Shown here: piece after piece, positions 1 through 9,320 of the stretch
Position numbering within the stretch: the first letter of the stretch is position 1
Layout: each line of letters begins with the position of its first letter
Assembly (NCBI GenBank): GCA_963702205.1
Contig: OY969724.1
Span: forward strand, 928,001 to 992,000
Reading direction: 5' to 3'
Length of the DNA: 64,000 nt
From: an uncultured candidate division Zixibacteria bacterium
GTDB taxonomy: Bacteria; Zixibacteria; MSB-5A5; GN15; PGXB01
The notes under the pieces: generated by a model
The model's input: only the letters and a program-made list of their open reading frames with translations
Databases searched by the model: none
Told to the model about the DNA's origin: nothing
Made by a program: the position numbers and the translations under genes

Positions 1-1
1 G

Positions 2-1069
2 GCCAACGCCCTGACCGGTTATGCCTGGATTCAGATAATACCGCTGGTAATAACGGCCTTTCTGGCGACGTACGTCTATAAGTACACCTGGGGTCGGTGG
101 TCGGGCGAGAGAAAGAAACTGCATATTTCGATCGGCGTCGCCGCGACGTTTCTGTTTTTGTCCATTCCCTTTCTTTTCCTGTCGAATATAAATTTGATGC
201 TCTTTCCGGCCCAGTGGAATCAGGTGAGCGGGTTTTTCTCGTCGCTCCGGGTCGGCAACGTCTTTCCCCGCTATTTTCATTTCGTGACGGCGTCGCTGGC
301 ACTGACCGGTCTTTTTGCCTCGGCCTGGTTGTCGCGCAAAAAATTCCCGCTCGAAGAAAAACTTCCGGGCTTCACACGGCCTGAAATCAAACGGCTGTTT
401 TACCGGGCGGCGTTTTATTTTACCTTAGCGCAATTGGTCTTCGGACCTTTGCTCCTGTTTACGCTGCCGTACAATGGCGTGACGGGCATTTTGTTCGTGA
501 TAATACTATCCGGTGTCGGTCTAGCCTTAATCGCCCTGCTGTTGCTCCGGGCGGAAATATTGTCGTCGGACGATAAAATCGGGCGGCTGCTGGCACCGAT
601 TTGTATTCTTCTGGCTTTGACGGTACTGGCGATGGGCACCGGGCGGCACACCTACCGCGAAGCCTGCCTGGTGGATCATAAGGCCATGATTGCGGATGCG
701 ACGTCGAGTTTCCATGCCGTGGAGACGGCCACGCGGATGCGCATCGACGCCGGGCTCGGAGCGGGCAACGCCATCGAAACCGCGCCGACCGGGAAATCGG
801 TCTTCCAGACTTGCGCGGCGTGTCATGCGCTTAACCACGTCCTGGCGGCCCCGCCGCTGACGGAAGTCGCGAAAATATACAAAGACAATCCCGCCGGTAT
901 CGTGGCCTGGGCCAAACATCCCGGCAAGAAACGCCCGCAGTTCACCCAGATGCCATCGTTCGCGAGTCTGGGTGATTACAAGCTTGAACTGGTCGCGAAT
1001 TATATTCTCAAGATCGCGTCAAGCCACGATTCCAAAGAAGAATCCAAAGAAGCTTCAAAAGAAAATTAA
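2..1069 (+). CDS. Polytopic membrane protein with C-terminal monoheme class I cytochrome c (5'-truncated by window edge)
   Basis: Frame is open from base 2 (ANALTGYAWIQIIPLV...) into the 158..1069 ORF; several hydrophobic helices, then CAACH heme motif and a candidate axial Met (QMP). Confidence 0.75.
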   Translation, partial: ANALTGYAWIQIIPLVITAFLATYVYKYTWGRWSGERKKLHISIGVAATFLFLSIPFLFLSNINLMLFPAQWNQVSGFFSSLRVGNVFPRYFHFVTASLALTGLFASAWLSRKKFPLEEKLPGFTRPEIKRLFYRAAFYFTLAQLVFGPLLLFTLPYNGVTGILFVIILSGVGLALIALLLLRAEILSSDDKIGRLLAPICILLALTVLAMGTGRHTYREACLVDHKAMIADATSSFHAVETATRMRIDAGLGAGNAIETAPTGKSVFQTCAACHALNHVLAAPPLTEVAKIYKDNPAGIVAWAKHPGKKRPQFTQMPSFASLGDYKLELVANYILKIASSHDSKEESKEASKEN

Positions 1070-1105
1070 AATCAGTTTTGGTTAAGACAATGGCAGCGGA
1101 CGGGC

Positions 1106-2821
1106 TTAGCTTTTTTGCATTTTTGCCCAGCTGTCGCGCAGACCGACAGTACGATTGAAGACCAGTTTCTCCGGTGATGAGTCTTTGCTGTCGAGACAAA
1201 AATAGCCCTGTCTTAAAAACTGATAGCTGTCGCCGACCTTGGCGTCTTTAAGTGATGCTTCCAGTTTGCAGCCGGTCAGGATTTCGCGGGAGTCGGGGTT
1301 GACATAGTCCTTGAAATCTTTGCCTTCCTCGGCGTCGAGCGGGTCTTCTTTCGTGAACAACTGCTCGAACAATCTTATTTCGGCTTCGACAGTGTGTTCG
1401 GCGCTGACCCAGTGCAGCGTCCCTTTGACGCGACGACCGTCGGGTGTCCCGCCCCCGCGCGATTCCGGGTCATAAGTACAGTGCAGTTCGACTATTCCAC
1501 CGTCATTGTCTTTTATAACTTTATCGCAGGTGATGTAATAGGCGTGCTTGAGACGAACTTCCGCCCCCGGCGCCAGCCGGAAGAATTTCCTGGGCGGGTC
1601 TTCCATGAAGTCGTCGCGTTCGATATATATTTCCCGTCCGAACATAACCGGCCGCGTCCCAGCGGCTTCGTCTTCGGGGTTGTTGATCGCGTCGAGTCCC
1701 TCGGTTTTGCCTTCGGGGTAGTTGGTGATAACTACCCTAAGTGGTCGAAGGACCACCATCACCCGCTTCGCGGTGAGGTTCAGTTCTTCGCGCAGGATCG
1801 AATCCAGCAGGGCTTTGTCGACCATGCTTTCGCGCTTGGCGACACCGATCCGGTCACAGAAGTTGCGTATCGAATTGGCCGTATAGCCGCGTCGTCTGAC
1901 ACCGGATATGGTCGGCATGCGGGGATCGTCCCAGCCGTTGACGAGATTTTCGTCCACAAGTTGAATAAGCTTGCGCTTGCTCATGACGGTAAAGTTCAGG
2001 TTGAGCCGAGCGAATTCTATCTGCTGCGGGTGGTGCACACCCAGTTGATCCAGAAACCAGTCGTACAGCGGGCGGTGATCCTCGAACGATATATCGCACA
2101 AGGAGTGAGTGATGCCTTCCAAAGAGTCCGACAGGCAGTGCGTGAAATCGTACATCGGGTATATATTCCACTTATCGCCGGTGCGGTGGTGCGGTCGTTT
2201 CAATATTCGATAAATGGCGGGATCGCGCATGTTGATATTGGGCGAGGCCATATCGATTTTGGCGCGCAGCGTCCGGCTGCCCTCTTCGAACTCCCCGACT
2301 CTCATTTTCTCGAACAGGTCGAGATTTTCCTCGACCGGACGGTCTCGCCAGGGACTGTCTTTGCCCGGTTCGGTCAGAGTACCCCGGTATTCGCGGACTT
2401 CCTCGGGGCTCAAATCGCAGACGTACGCCTTACCGTCTCTAATGAGTCGAATCGCAAATTCACAAAGCTTGTCGAAATAATCCGAGGCATGGAACAACCG
2501 ATCATCCCAGTCGTACCCCAGCCAGCGAATATCTTCCTGTATGGCTTCGGCATACTCGGTCTTTTCTTTGGCCGGGTTAGTATCGTCGAAACGGAGGTTG
2601 CACAGGCCGCCGTACTTTTGCGCGGTTCCGAAATTAAGACAGATTGACTTGGCGTGGCCGATATGAAGATACCCGTTGGGTTCCGGGGGGAAGCGGGTGT
2701 GAACTCGTCCACCGTTTTTACCCCTGGCCCGGTCCTCGTCGATTATGTCCCAGATGAAATTGGAGCGCTCGGCGCTTTCTTCCGGGCCATCATCTTTCTT
2801 TTTTTCGTCTTTTTCGCTCAT
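1106..2821 (-). CDS. glnS: Glutamine--tRNA ligase
   Basis: [15 protein letters not shown] (HIGH) and VMSKRKL (KMSKS-like) motifs; C-terminal FQFxRxGYF-type anticodon domain. Confidence 0.97.
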   Translation of the reverse strand: MSEKDEKKKDDGPEESAERSNFIWDIIDEDRARGKNGGRVHTRFPPEPNGYLHIGHAKSICLNFGTAQKYGGLCNLRFDDTNPAKEKTEYAEAIQEDIRWLGYDWDDRLFHASDYFDKLCEFAIRLIRDGKAYVCDLSPEEVREYRGTLTEPGKDSPWRDRPVEENLDLFEKMRVGEFEEGSRTLRAKIDMASPNINMRDPAIYRILKRPHHRTGDKWNIYPMYDFTHCLSDSLEGITHSLCDISFEDHRPLYDWFLDQLGVHHPQQIEFARLNLNFTVMSKRKLIQLVDENLVNGWDDPRMPTISGVRRRGYTANSIRNFCDRIGVAKRESMVDKALLDSILREELNLTAKRVMVVLRPLRVVITNYPEGKTEGLDAINNPEDEAAGTRPVMFGREIYIERDDFMEDPPRKFFRLAPGAEVRLKHAYYITCDKVIKDNDGGIVELHCTYDPESRGGGTPDGRRVKGTLHWVSAEHTVEAEIRLFEQLFTKEDPLDAEEGKDFKDYVNPDSREILTGCKLEASLKDAKVGDSYQFLRQGYFCLDSKDSSPEKLVFNRTVGLRDSWAKMQKS

Positions 2822-2924
2822 CGGTACAAATCCTTGTTCGCCTTAATATCGGAATATGATCGCCAATTATAAGCCATATCCTGCGGCCTGGCAATAATCA
2901 AATACGTATCGACGGGATAATTTG

Positions 2925-4619
2925 TCAGAGAGAAGGACGGTGTTGTTCGTCGGGCTTGTCGAACGGGAATTTTATCTTGAATTCGGCGCCGTTGCCGAAC
3001 TCGGATTCTATTTCAATTTTGCCGTTGTGATTTTCGATTATTTTGGCGCAGGTTATGAGGCCAAATCCGTGCCCGTGCTCCTTGGTCGTTAACCGGGCCT
3101 TAAAAAGCCGGTTTTTGACTTCCGGCTCGATGCCTTTGCCATTGTCCGCAACGGTCATTTCCACCAAACCATCCTTTTGGGTCGTTTTTACATTGATATG
3201 CCCGATATCGCGTTTGGCTTCGGCGATGGAATCGGCGCCGTTGTTGAAGAAATTCAACAGGAGTTGAGCGACCTGGTCGCGGTCGATCATGACCGGCGGC
3301 AGGTTTTGATCGAGGTCCGCGTTTATATTGATATTACGAAATTTCTTCTGGACCATCACAAAAGCCAAAACGTCACCGATGACCTGATTGAGATTAGCCA
3401 GCTGCTTCTGCGTTTCCAGCCGTGAGAAGTCGGTAAGGCCCGCCGTGAAGCGCGTCATTTGCCCGACGCTTTCAATAAGCTTGGTCAGGGTCGTACCGGC
3501 CTTTTCGAGATCATTTCTGCTAATCGCCAGTTGAGTCATTTCGATACCGCCCATAATTAAGCCGAGATGGTTGTTCAGCTCGTGGGCTATCGACGAAGCC
3601 ATCTGACCTTTTTCCGCGAACTTCTGGAGATCGAACAGTCTTTGTTCACTTTCGGTTTGGTCGGTGATGTCGTCGAGGGTAATGATGATATCCGATTGGT
3701 TCTGGTTTTTGCCGCTGACAAGGCCGACTCTGATATTGTAAACCCTGACAGTATCGTTAATTCCGGCGGTCATATTTTCATAAAATCTGCCCGGTCCACT
3801 TCTTATGCCCGAGGTTAATTTGGATGCCCAGCCGGAAAAGATTTTGTCGGGGAAAATAAGTTCTATGGGAATCTGGTGCAATGCTTCGATAGGCGGAAGA
3901 TTGGGCTTGAACTGGTGCAGGATATCGTAACCGGCTATGTTGATCTGCTGCAGGAGTTTATCGGGATCGAAAACAAAAACGCCCTGCTTAACACTGTTCA
4001 ATATATTCAGGTACCGGGCGTTGAGCCCCGAGATTTCCATAAACAGGAACGAATTGGCGATAAACGGTATGATTGAATTTATGAGCGTTGATAAAAGCTC
4101 CAACTCTTTGTGATCGAACGGCTTGCGGTTGACTTTCTGGCCCAGGCCCAGCAGGCCGATCAGCTTGTTGCCGTGTATAAGCGGTGCAATAATATCGACG
4201 TTATGCTCCGACAGGATGAAAACCATCCCGGCCGCTTTTCCCGGAAGAGCCATATCCGCCAGCTTTTGGGGACCTTTATTATTCAGGAAATATGATTCGT
4301 GTTCTTCGCTTATTTCCAATCCGGCCAGGTGAGGATTCGATTTATATCGCCCGCTCGCAAAAAAGTATCTGTCCGGCGCATAGCCACGATTTTTCTGAAA
4401 TAGGGCGAATGAACTGGAGACGGCGAATTGCCCCGACAAAGTCAGCAGGAGCACGTCGATTAATTTATCAAAATTGGGCTGATTCGAGAATTGTCGAGCC
4501 AGCTTCGAAAGAGCATCGAGAGCCAGCATCTGTCGGTCGGCCGCCTGGCGGCCGCTGAGAATTATGCTCCCGGTGTCATTTATGCGATCATCGGACATTT
4601 TATTTATTTGATCTGACAC
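2925..4619 (-). CDS. Cytoplasmic GAF-PAS sensor histidine kinase
   Basis: GAF-like N-terminus, PAS-like region (ILNSVKQGVFVFD), H-box AHELNN, and N/G boxes (NFFNNGAD, DNGKGI, GHGFGL). Start may be 4598. Confidence 0.85.
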   Translation of the reverse strand: MSDQINKMSDDRINDTGSIILSGRQAADRQMLALDALSKLARQFSNQPNFDKLIDVLLLTLSGQFAVSSSFALFQKNRGYAPDRYFFASGRYKSNPHLAGLEISEEHESYFLNNKGPQKLADMALPGKAAGMVFILSEHNVDIIAPLIHGNKLIGLLGLGQKVNRKPFDHKELELLSTLINSIIPFIANSFLFMEISGLNARYLNILNSVKQGVFVFDPDKLLQQINIAGYDILHQFKPNLPPIEALHQIPIELIFPDKIFSGWASKLTSGIRSGPGRFYENMTAGINDTVRVYNIRVGLVSGKNQNQSDIIITLDDITDQTESEQRLFDLQKFAEKGQMASSIAHELNNHLGLIMGGIEMTQLAISRNDLEKAGTTLTKLIESVGQMTRFTAGLTDFSRLETQKQLANLNQVIGDVLAFVMVQKKFRNININADLDQNLPPVMIDRDQVAQLLLNFFNNGADSIAEAKRDIGHINVKTTQKDGLVEMTVADNGKGIEPEVKNRLFKARLTTKEHGHGFGLITCAKIIENHNGKIEIESEFGNGAEFKIKFPFDKPDEQHRPSL

Positions 4620-4957
4620 ATCTGTCGGGCGTCTGAATCAGTGGCCCGGATGGTCAAATACTCCTTCAAATCGAGAACGTCGAGAACGTGAATAATATTT
4701 TCCCTGGCATTACAAAGGACTATGTCACCCCTCACTTCCCGGAATATTTCTACCGAACCCAAAATGGCCCCGACTCCGGCCGACGAGATAAACTCAAGGT
4801 TTTTCATATCGACGATGACATGGCCAAATCCCTGCGATCTGATTTCAGTCAGCAGGCTGGACAGATTTTCGGCATTTTCATTGTCAAGCAGATGGCCGAT
4901 TTCGATAATCATGCAGTCATCGTTGAGTTGGTGTTTATTTATATCGTGCGCTGACAT
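4604..4957 (-). CDS. STAS-domain anti-sigma factor antagonist (RsbV/SpoIIAA-like)
   Basis: 117 aa; VDMKNLEFISSAGVG motif with the phosphorylatable Ser. Confidence 0.9.
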   Translation of the reverse strand: MSAHDINKHQLNDDCMIIEIGHLLDNENAENLSSLLTEIRSQGFGHVIVDMKNLEFISSAGVGAILGSVEIFREVRGDIVLCNARENIIHVLDVLDLKEYLTIRATDSDARQMCQIK

Positions 4958-4960
4958 ATT

Positions 4961-5728
4961 CTATCTCCAAAATTTTTCCAGGGTAAGAACATTGCAATTA
5001 TTGTCTTTTTGATTGTATTTAATGCCGTCGGTCATGCGATTTATCATGAGTAGTCCATAGCCACGTTTCTGACCGTTTTGCGCGGCGACCATGACGTCAA
5101 AATCGAGCCCGCTATCGGTCGGGTCAAAGCGAACACCGCGATATTCGAATTCCATATGGAGTTTGTCCGAGTCGGGCAGGCATCGCAGGAGTATGCGTTC
5201 ATCATCTGAAATTTCTGAATGCAGACGGATGTTGGTCGCGATTTCATAGAAAACCGTCTCGATTTCAAACGTGAAGAGGTCGGAGACGTTGAGTGACGTC
5301 AGGTAGTTCTGAAATCGTTCAAGGGCTATTTTAATCTCTGTCGCTTCGGGTCCGAAGCCGATTTGCCACGCGGGCCTGGTTTCAGCATGAGTCGAAGGTG
5401 AGTTAACCTGTATCCTGGTCGTAGCCTGAGCCGGTTCGCACGTTAACAAATCGTAGATATCCAGAATTTTCAATACCCGGATGAGTTTTTCAGAGGTATT
5501 AACCAGGCGGGCCCGTATTCCGGAATCCTGACATTGATTGTGGGCCTGCCAAAGCAGGTTAACATGCTTGGAGGTTACCCACTTAAGCCTCGAACAATCG
5601 AGGAATATTTCCTGGGGAGAACCGCCGATCAATGAGGTCAATTGTTCCGTAAAATCATTCACGGATTCATCGGCCAGATCGATCGGCACGACAATACTGC
5701 CGTCGTTTTTTTTCGAATTTGCCTGCAT
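4961..5728 (-). CDS. STAS + RsbW/SpoIIAB-like HATPase fusion (anti-sigma/kinase)
   Basis: N-terminal STAS fold (LDCSRLKWVTS...RVLKILD); C-terminal EIATNIRLH, GVRFDP, RGYGLLMINRMTD, NVLTLEK. Confidence 0.8.
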   Translation of the reverse strand: MQANSKKNDGSIVVPIDLADESVNDFTEQLTSLIGGSPQEIFLDCSRLKWVTSKHVNLLWQAHNQCQDSGIRARLVNTSEKLIRVLKILDIYDLLTCEPAQATTRIQVNSPSTHAETRPAWQIGFGPEATEIKIALERFQNYLTSLNVSDLFTFEIETVFYEIATNIRLHSEISDDERILLRCLPDSDKLHMEFEYRGVRFDPTDSGLDFDVMVAAQNGQKRGYGLLMINRMTDGIKYNQKDNNCNVLTLEKFWR

Positions 5729-5740
5729 AATGACCTTAAT

Positions 5741-7318
5741 CTATGCTTTAAAAATTGCTTCCCTGGGTACGGCCGCTTTCCATTTCATGACCAAAAGAGT
5801 AATGTCATCGAACTGCGGCAGGTCACCAGTGAACCGTCGATGTTCCGAGAGAACTTTTTCGACCAGTTTTCGTGGCGTTTCCCGCCGGTTGTCTTCCAGC
5901 AGCCGGATGAATTTATCCATACCGAATTCTTCGTGTTCGGTGTTCTGGGCTTCGTTGATGCCGTCGGTGTACTGAACCAGCCAGTCATCGGGTTTAAGTA
6001 TGGCGCGACCGGTTTCGATCCGTTCGCGGAACTGATCCGACGGAACCATCCCGAGCGGAAAACCCGGAGTCTTGATTTTCTCGACCGTGCCAATCCCGGA
6101 ATCGACGATCAAGAGCTGGTTGTGTCCGGCCGATGCGAAATTGAAAAGACCGGTGTTTTTATCGAGGACGCCGAAAAACATCGTGACAAACGTCCCGCGC
6201 TTGATATTGTACAGCAACTCTTCGTTGACCTGCGACAGCAGCCTTGATGGTTCGTGTTCGCGGCGGATCAAGTTTCTGATTATGTCGCGGGTCATCAGCA
6301 TAACCAACATACCGGGCAGGGACTTTCCGGATACATCGGCAACGAGGAACGCCTGGTGGTCGTGGTCGATGTCTATAAAATCGTAATAGTCGCCGCTCAC
6401 TTCACGGGCACTTTGGTACATTCCGAAAAATTCAAAATTGTCCCCTTTCGGGTATTTCTTGGGCAGAATGTTTTCCTGTATCTGGCGGGCGATTTCCAGT
6501 TCCCGTTCAAACCGTTCTTTTTCGATCAACTGGCGCCGGGCGATATTCAACCTGTCGCCCATGACGTGCAGCGTCTCCGCGAGATAACCGAATTCATTTT
6601 TGCCGGTCACGGGTATATTTATGGCAATATTATCGGGGTTGATTTGTTTCAGGCCGTCGGTAATCTGTGCGATAGGTTTCAGTTTTTTATTCAGAATCAA
6701 CAGCGTCAATGGCAGACCGATAAGTATCATTATAGCCGTTATGGATACCACGGTCGTGATCGACGTCGATCGGGCCTGGTCGATTTGGCTGGTCGATGAA
6801 GCCAGCCCAAGGTACCCGACGGTAATGCCGTTTTCCTTAACCGGCACCGATATCATTATGGTATCGGGGTTCATGCGGAAGCCTTCTTCGTCCTTGAGCA
6901 GCTGCTCGAAGCCGTGGCGTCCGATGTTGGCCATCTTCCCGCCGGAAATTACCTGCTTCAAATTAGTATGAGCCAAAAATGATTTGTCCTTGTCGGTTAT
7001 GGCGGCCCAGTAGATATCGGGATCGTCGTTTTTCAGGCGGTTGCAAATATTATTCAAAAGGAGCTCGTCCGGTCCGTTGGAGGCGATGATCAGTTTCCCG
7101 GCCGAACCGGAATAGGCTCGTGACTGCGCCAGCAGTTTTTCGACCGTGTTTTGCGTGACGGTGCCGACGTACTTATCGGTGATAATGTACCCGGTGGCGG
7201 CCATCAGTATCAAAATTATACCGGAAATGTACAGCGCGAACTCCGTCCGGATGGATTTTCTGAATTGACGGGCCTCCGGCCAGTTTCCGGTTGTCGTGTT
7301 TTTTTCATTATTGTCCAT
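5741..7318 (-). CDS. Membrane HAMP-domain PP2C/SpoIIE-family Ser phosphatase (RsbU-like)
   Basis: Two TM helices flank a periplasmic domain, followed by HAMP and ELEIARQIQ; catalytic GDYYD, ADVSGK, YTDG and DDIT motifs are intact. Confidence 0.92.
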   Translation of the reverse strand: MDNNEKNTTTGNWPEARQFRKSIRTEFALYISGIILILMAATGYIITDKYVGTVTQNTVEKLLAQSRAYSGSAGKLIIASNGPDELLLNNICNRLKNDDPDIYWAAITDKDKSFLAHTNLKQVISGGKMANIGRHGFEQLLKDEEGFRMNPDTIMISVPVKENGITVGYLGLASSTSQIDQARSTSITTVVSITAIMILIGLPLTLLILNKKLKPIAQITDGLKQINPDNIAINIPVTGKNEFGYLAETLHVMGDRLNIARRQLIEKERFERELEIARQIQENILPKKYPKGDNFEFFGMYQSAREVSGDYYDFIDIDHDHQAFLVADVSGKSLPGMLVMLMTRDIIRNLIRREHEPSRLLSQVNEELLYNIKRGTFVTMFFGVLDKNTGLFNFASAGHNQLLIVDSGIGTVEKIKTPGFPLGMVPSDQFRERIETGRAILKPDDWLVQYTDGINEAQNTEHEEFGMDKFIRLLEDNRRETPRKLVEKVLSEHRRFTGDLPQFDDITLLVMKWKAAVPREAIFKA

Positions 7319-9320
7319 AAGTCAACTCTTTTAATTTTCTGATTTCGCTTTCGGACCGCTTGATATAGTCTTTAATCTCGGTATTATCGGGATCGAGGCG
7401 AGCGGCCTTGTCCCAAATATCAATGGCTTCCTGCAGCTTGTTCTGACCGTACAGCTCTACCCCGACGAATTTGTAGGCCTTGACGAGGTACTGACGGACG
7501 TTTTGATAATCGGGCGCGAGACGTTCCACGTTTTCCCAGCGGGTAATGGCCTTGTCGAGATTTCCGGCTTCGAACAGCTGGCGGGCCTGTTCGTATTCAG
7601 CAGAAACTTCCTGGGCCAGTTTGGGACTTAGTGTTTTCGATTCTTCGGCATTCTGTTTCCGGGCCAGAGTTGCCTGTTCGGCCAGTTTATCCTTGGCTCG
7701 TTTTTTCAGATCGAGGCACCATTTATGATCGGGGAACAGAACCAGGGCGCTGTCGAGACAGGTTATAGCGACCTTATAGTCACCCCGATCGTAAGCACTG
7801 CTGGCGTTATTGCGACACAACTCGAAATCCAGACGTTTGACTGCCAGTCGAACGCGGTCGTCGTTCGGTGCGAACTGGGCCAGACCGCTTATAATGTTTT
7901 TCGCCTGCAAGACAAGACCGTAACTGAGCAGCGAATCAGCCGTTGTCAATTGCTCGTTAATCAACCGGTCCTGAGATTGATTGTGTATGATGATTTCTTC
8001 GGCTTTATCCAGAAGGTCCTGGGCTTCCGGTGAATTGGCAAAAAGCTCCAGCGCCAGATTGGCGAAATAGCGGGTACCGATGGCATCGCCGGCAGCGAGT
8101 CTCGCCTGAGCCGAATCGAGCCGCTGACTGTAGAGCATCTTGCGCTTGATCTGTTCCAGCCTGCCGTTGGCCTCATCCAGTCCGTTCTGAATCGAAGCCG
8201 TGTCGAGCTCATTGGCCCGGGCCATGAACAGCGCCCGGTCGAACTGGCTGGCCGCCTCTTCGACGTATCCGGCGTCCATTTTCTTGCGGGCGTCGGCTTC
8301 CAAATCCTCGACCAGTTTGCTATTCTTATCGGTCAGACGGCGGTTCATCATGTCGTTAAATTCGATTTCCCGGCGGACCAGGCGATCATCCCGGCGGGTT
8401 TGCACCGAGCGGCCGAACGAAGTCGTAACGCTGAACATGTGCAAACCGCCCATGTCACGATCCACCCAGGCATAATCAAAAGATAAATATTTCCATTTCA
8501 GTCCGGCTCCGAAGGCGAATTTGTCTTTGTTCACGCCGCCGCGCAGGAAGTACCAATCATTTAGGCTGTACTCCAGACCGGCCGCAAAGGCAGCATCGAT
8601 TTTGTCAATCTTATTCAGTTTGATCGACAGAGATAAACGGTGGCCGTAATTGTTGAACGGATGAAATTCAAAAGTACCGCCGAATGTAATTATATACGGG
8701 TATGATATACTGACGTCGACCAGTTCCGTTTTCGGCTTGATAAGATTGTGACCAACGAGGGCCAGGCCGATTTTGGATAAATGGCGATTTTTCAACTTAA
8801 GCGTCCGTCCGATCGACAGATTCAATCCGGGTGAGGACGTGGCTTTGTATTCATCGAGCGTATGGCTTTCCATCGTAAGCGCCGCTCCAAGGTCATAGCC
8901 CGATACATTTACACCGTAAGCGAAGTAATAACCCATGCGGGTGTCGTTGAAATCGTACAGGTGAAGGTTGGAGGCGTCGCGCCGGTCGATATTATCTATA
9001 CCGAGACGGAATATACCCAGTGCAAAACAGCCCAGATCGAGGGTTGGCACGGCCAGCCCGAGGTACTGGTAGGCGACGTCGGAATCGTACAGGCGACTCA
9101 TAAACCCGGATACGGTATAGTGCTGCGTGTGTGCCAGGGCCGAGGGGTTCCAGTACGTCGCGGTAGCGGCGTCGGAGAAGGCCAGATCGGAACCGCCCAG
9201 CGCCAGACCGCGGGCTCCGGCTCCGAGGCTGAACGGCGAGATGGTCCCGCCGTCGCCTTCGGCCAGAACTATCCCCGGCAGGAGCACCAGAACGAATATG
9301 TATCGCCAGAATTTGATCAT
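7308..9320 (-). CDS. PorV/PorQ-family outer-membrane barrel with C-terminal coiled-coil/TPR extension
   Basis: Signal peptide; LGAGARGLALGG...ATYWNPSALA PorV signature; amphipathic beta-strands to about aa 303; then helical TPR-like repeats (AITRWENVERLAPDY, AIDIWDKAARLDPDN). Confidence 0.8.
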   Translation of the reverse strand: MIKFWRYIFVLVLLPGIVLAEGDGGTISPFSLGAGARGLALGGSDLAFSDAATATYWNPSALAHTQHYTVSGFMSRLYDSDVAYQYLGLAVPTLDLGCFALGIFRLGIDNIDRRDASNLHLYDFNDTRMGYYFAYGVNVSGYDLGAALTMESHTLDEYKATSSPGLNLSIGRTLKLKNRHLSKIGLALVGHNLIKPKTELVDVSISYPYIITFGGTFEFHPFNNYGHRLSLSIKLNKIDKIDAAFAAGLEYSLNDWYFLRGGVNKDKFAFGAGLKWKYLSFDYAWVDRDMGGLHMFSVTTSFGRSVQTRRDDRLVRREIEFNDMMNRRLTDKNSKLVEDLEADARKKMDAGYVEEAASQFDRALFMARANELDTASIQNGLDEANGRLEQIKRKMLYSQRLDSAQARLAAGDAIGTRYFANLALELFANSPEAQDLLDKAEEIIIHNQSQDRLINEQLTTADSLLSYGLVLQAKNIISGLAQFAPNDDRVRLAVKRLDFELCRNNASSAYDRGDYKVAITCLDSALVLFPDHKWCLDLKKRAKDKLAEQATLARKQNAEESKTLSPKLAQEVSAEYEQARQLFEAGNLDKAITRWENVERLAPDYQNVRQYLVKAYKFVGVELYGQNKLQEAIDIWDKAARLDPDNTEIKDYIKRSESEIRKLKELTYGQ

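Noticed and set aside
1028..1063. Three imperfect 12-bp tandem repeats (DSKE ESKE ASKE)
   Set aside because: Low-complexity C-terminal tail; not a CRISPR array or functional repeat.
1394..2647. 417-aa plus-strand ORF and similar long antisense ORFs (e.g. 20559-21473, 31555-32457, 48112-49017, 55216-56106)
   Set aside because: Shadow frames of well-conserved opposite-strand genes, with no recognisable motifs.
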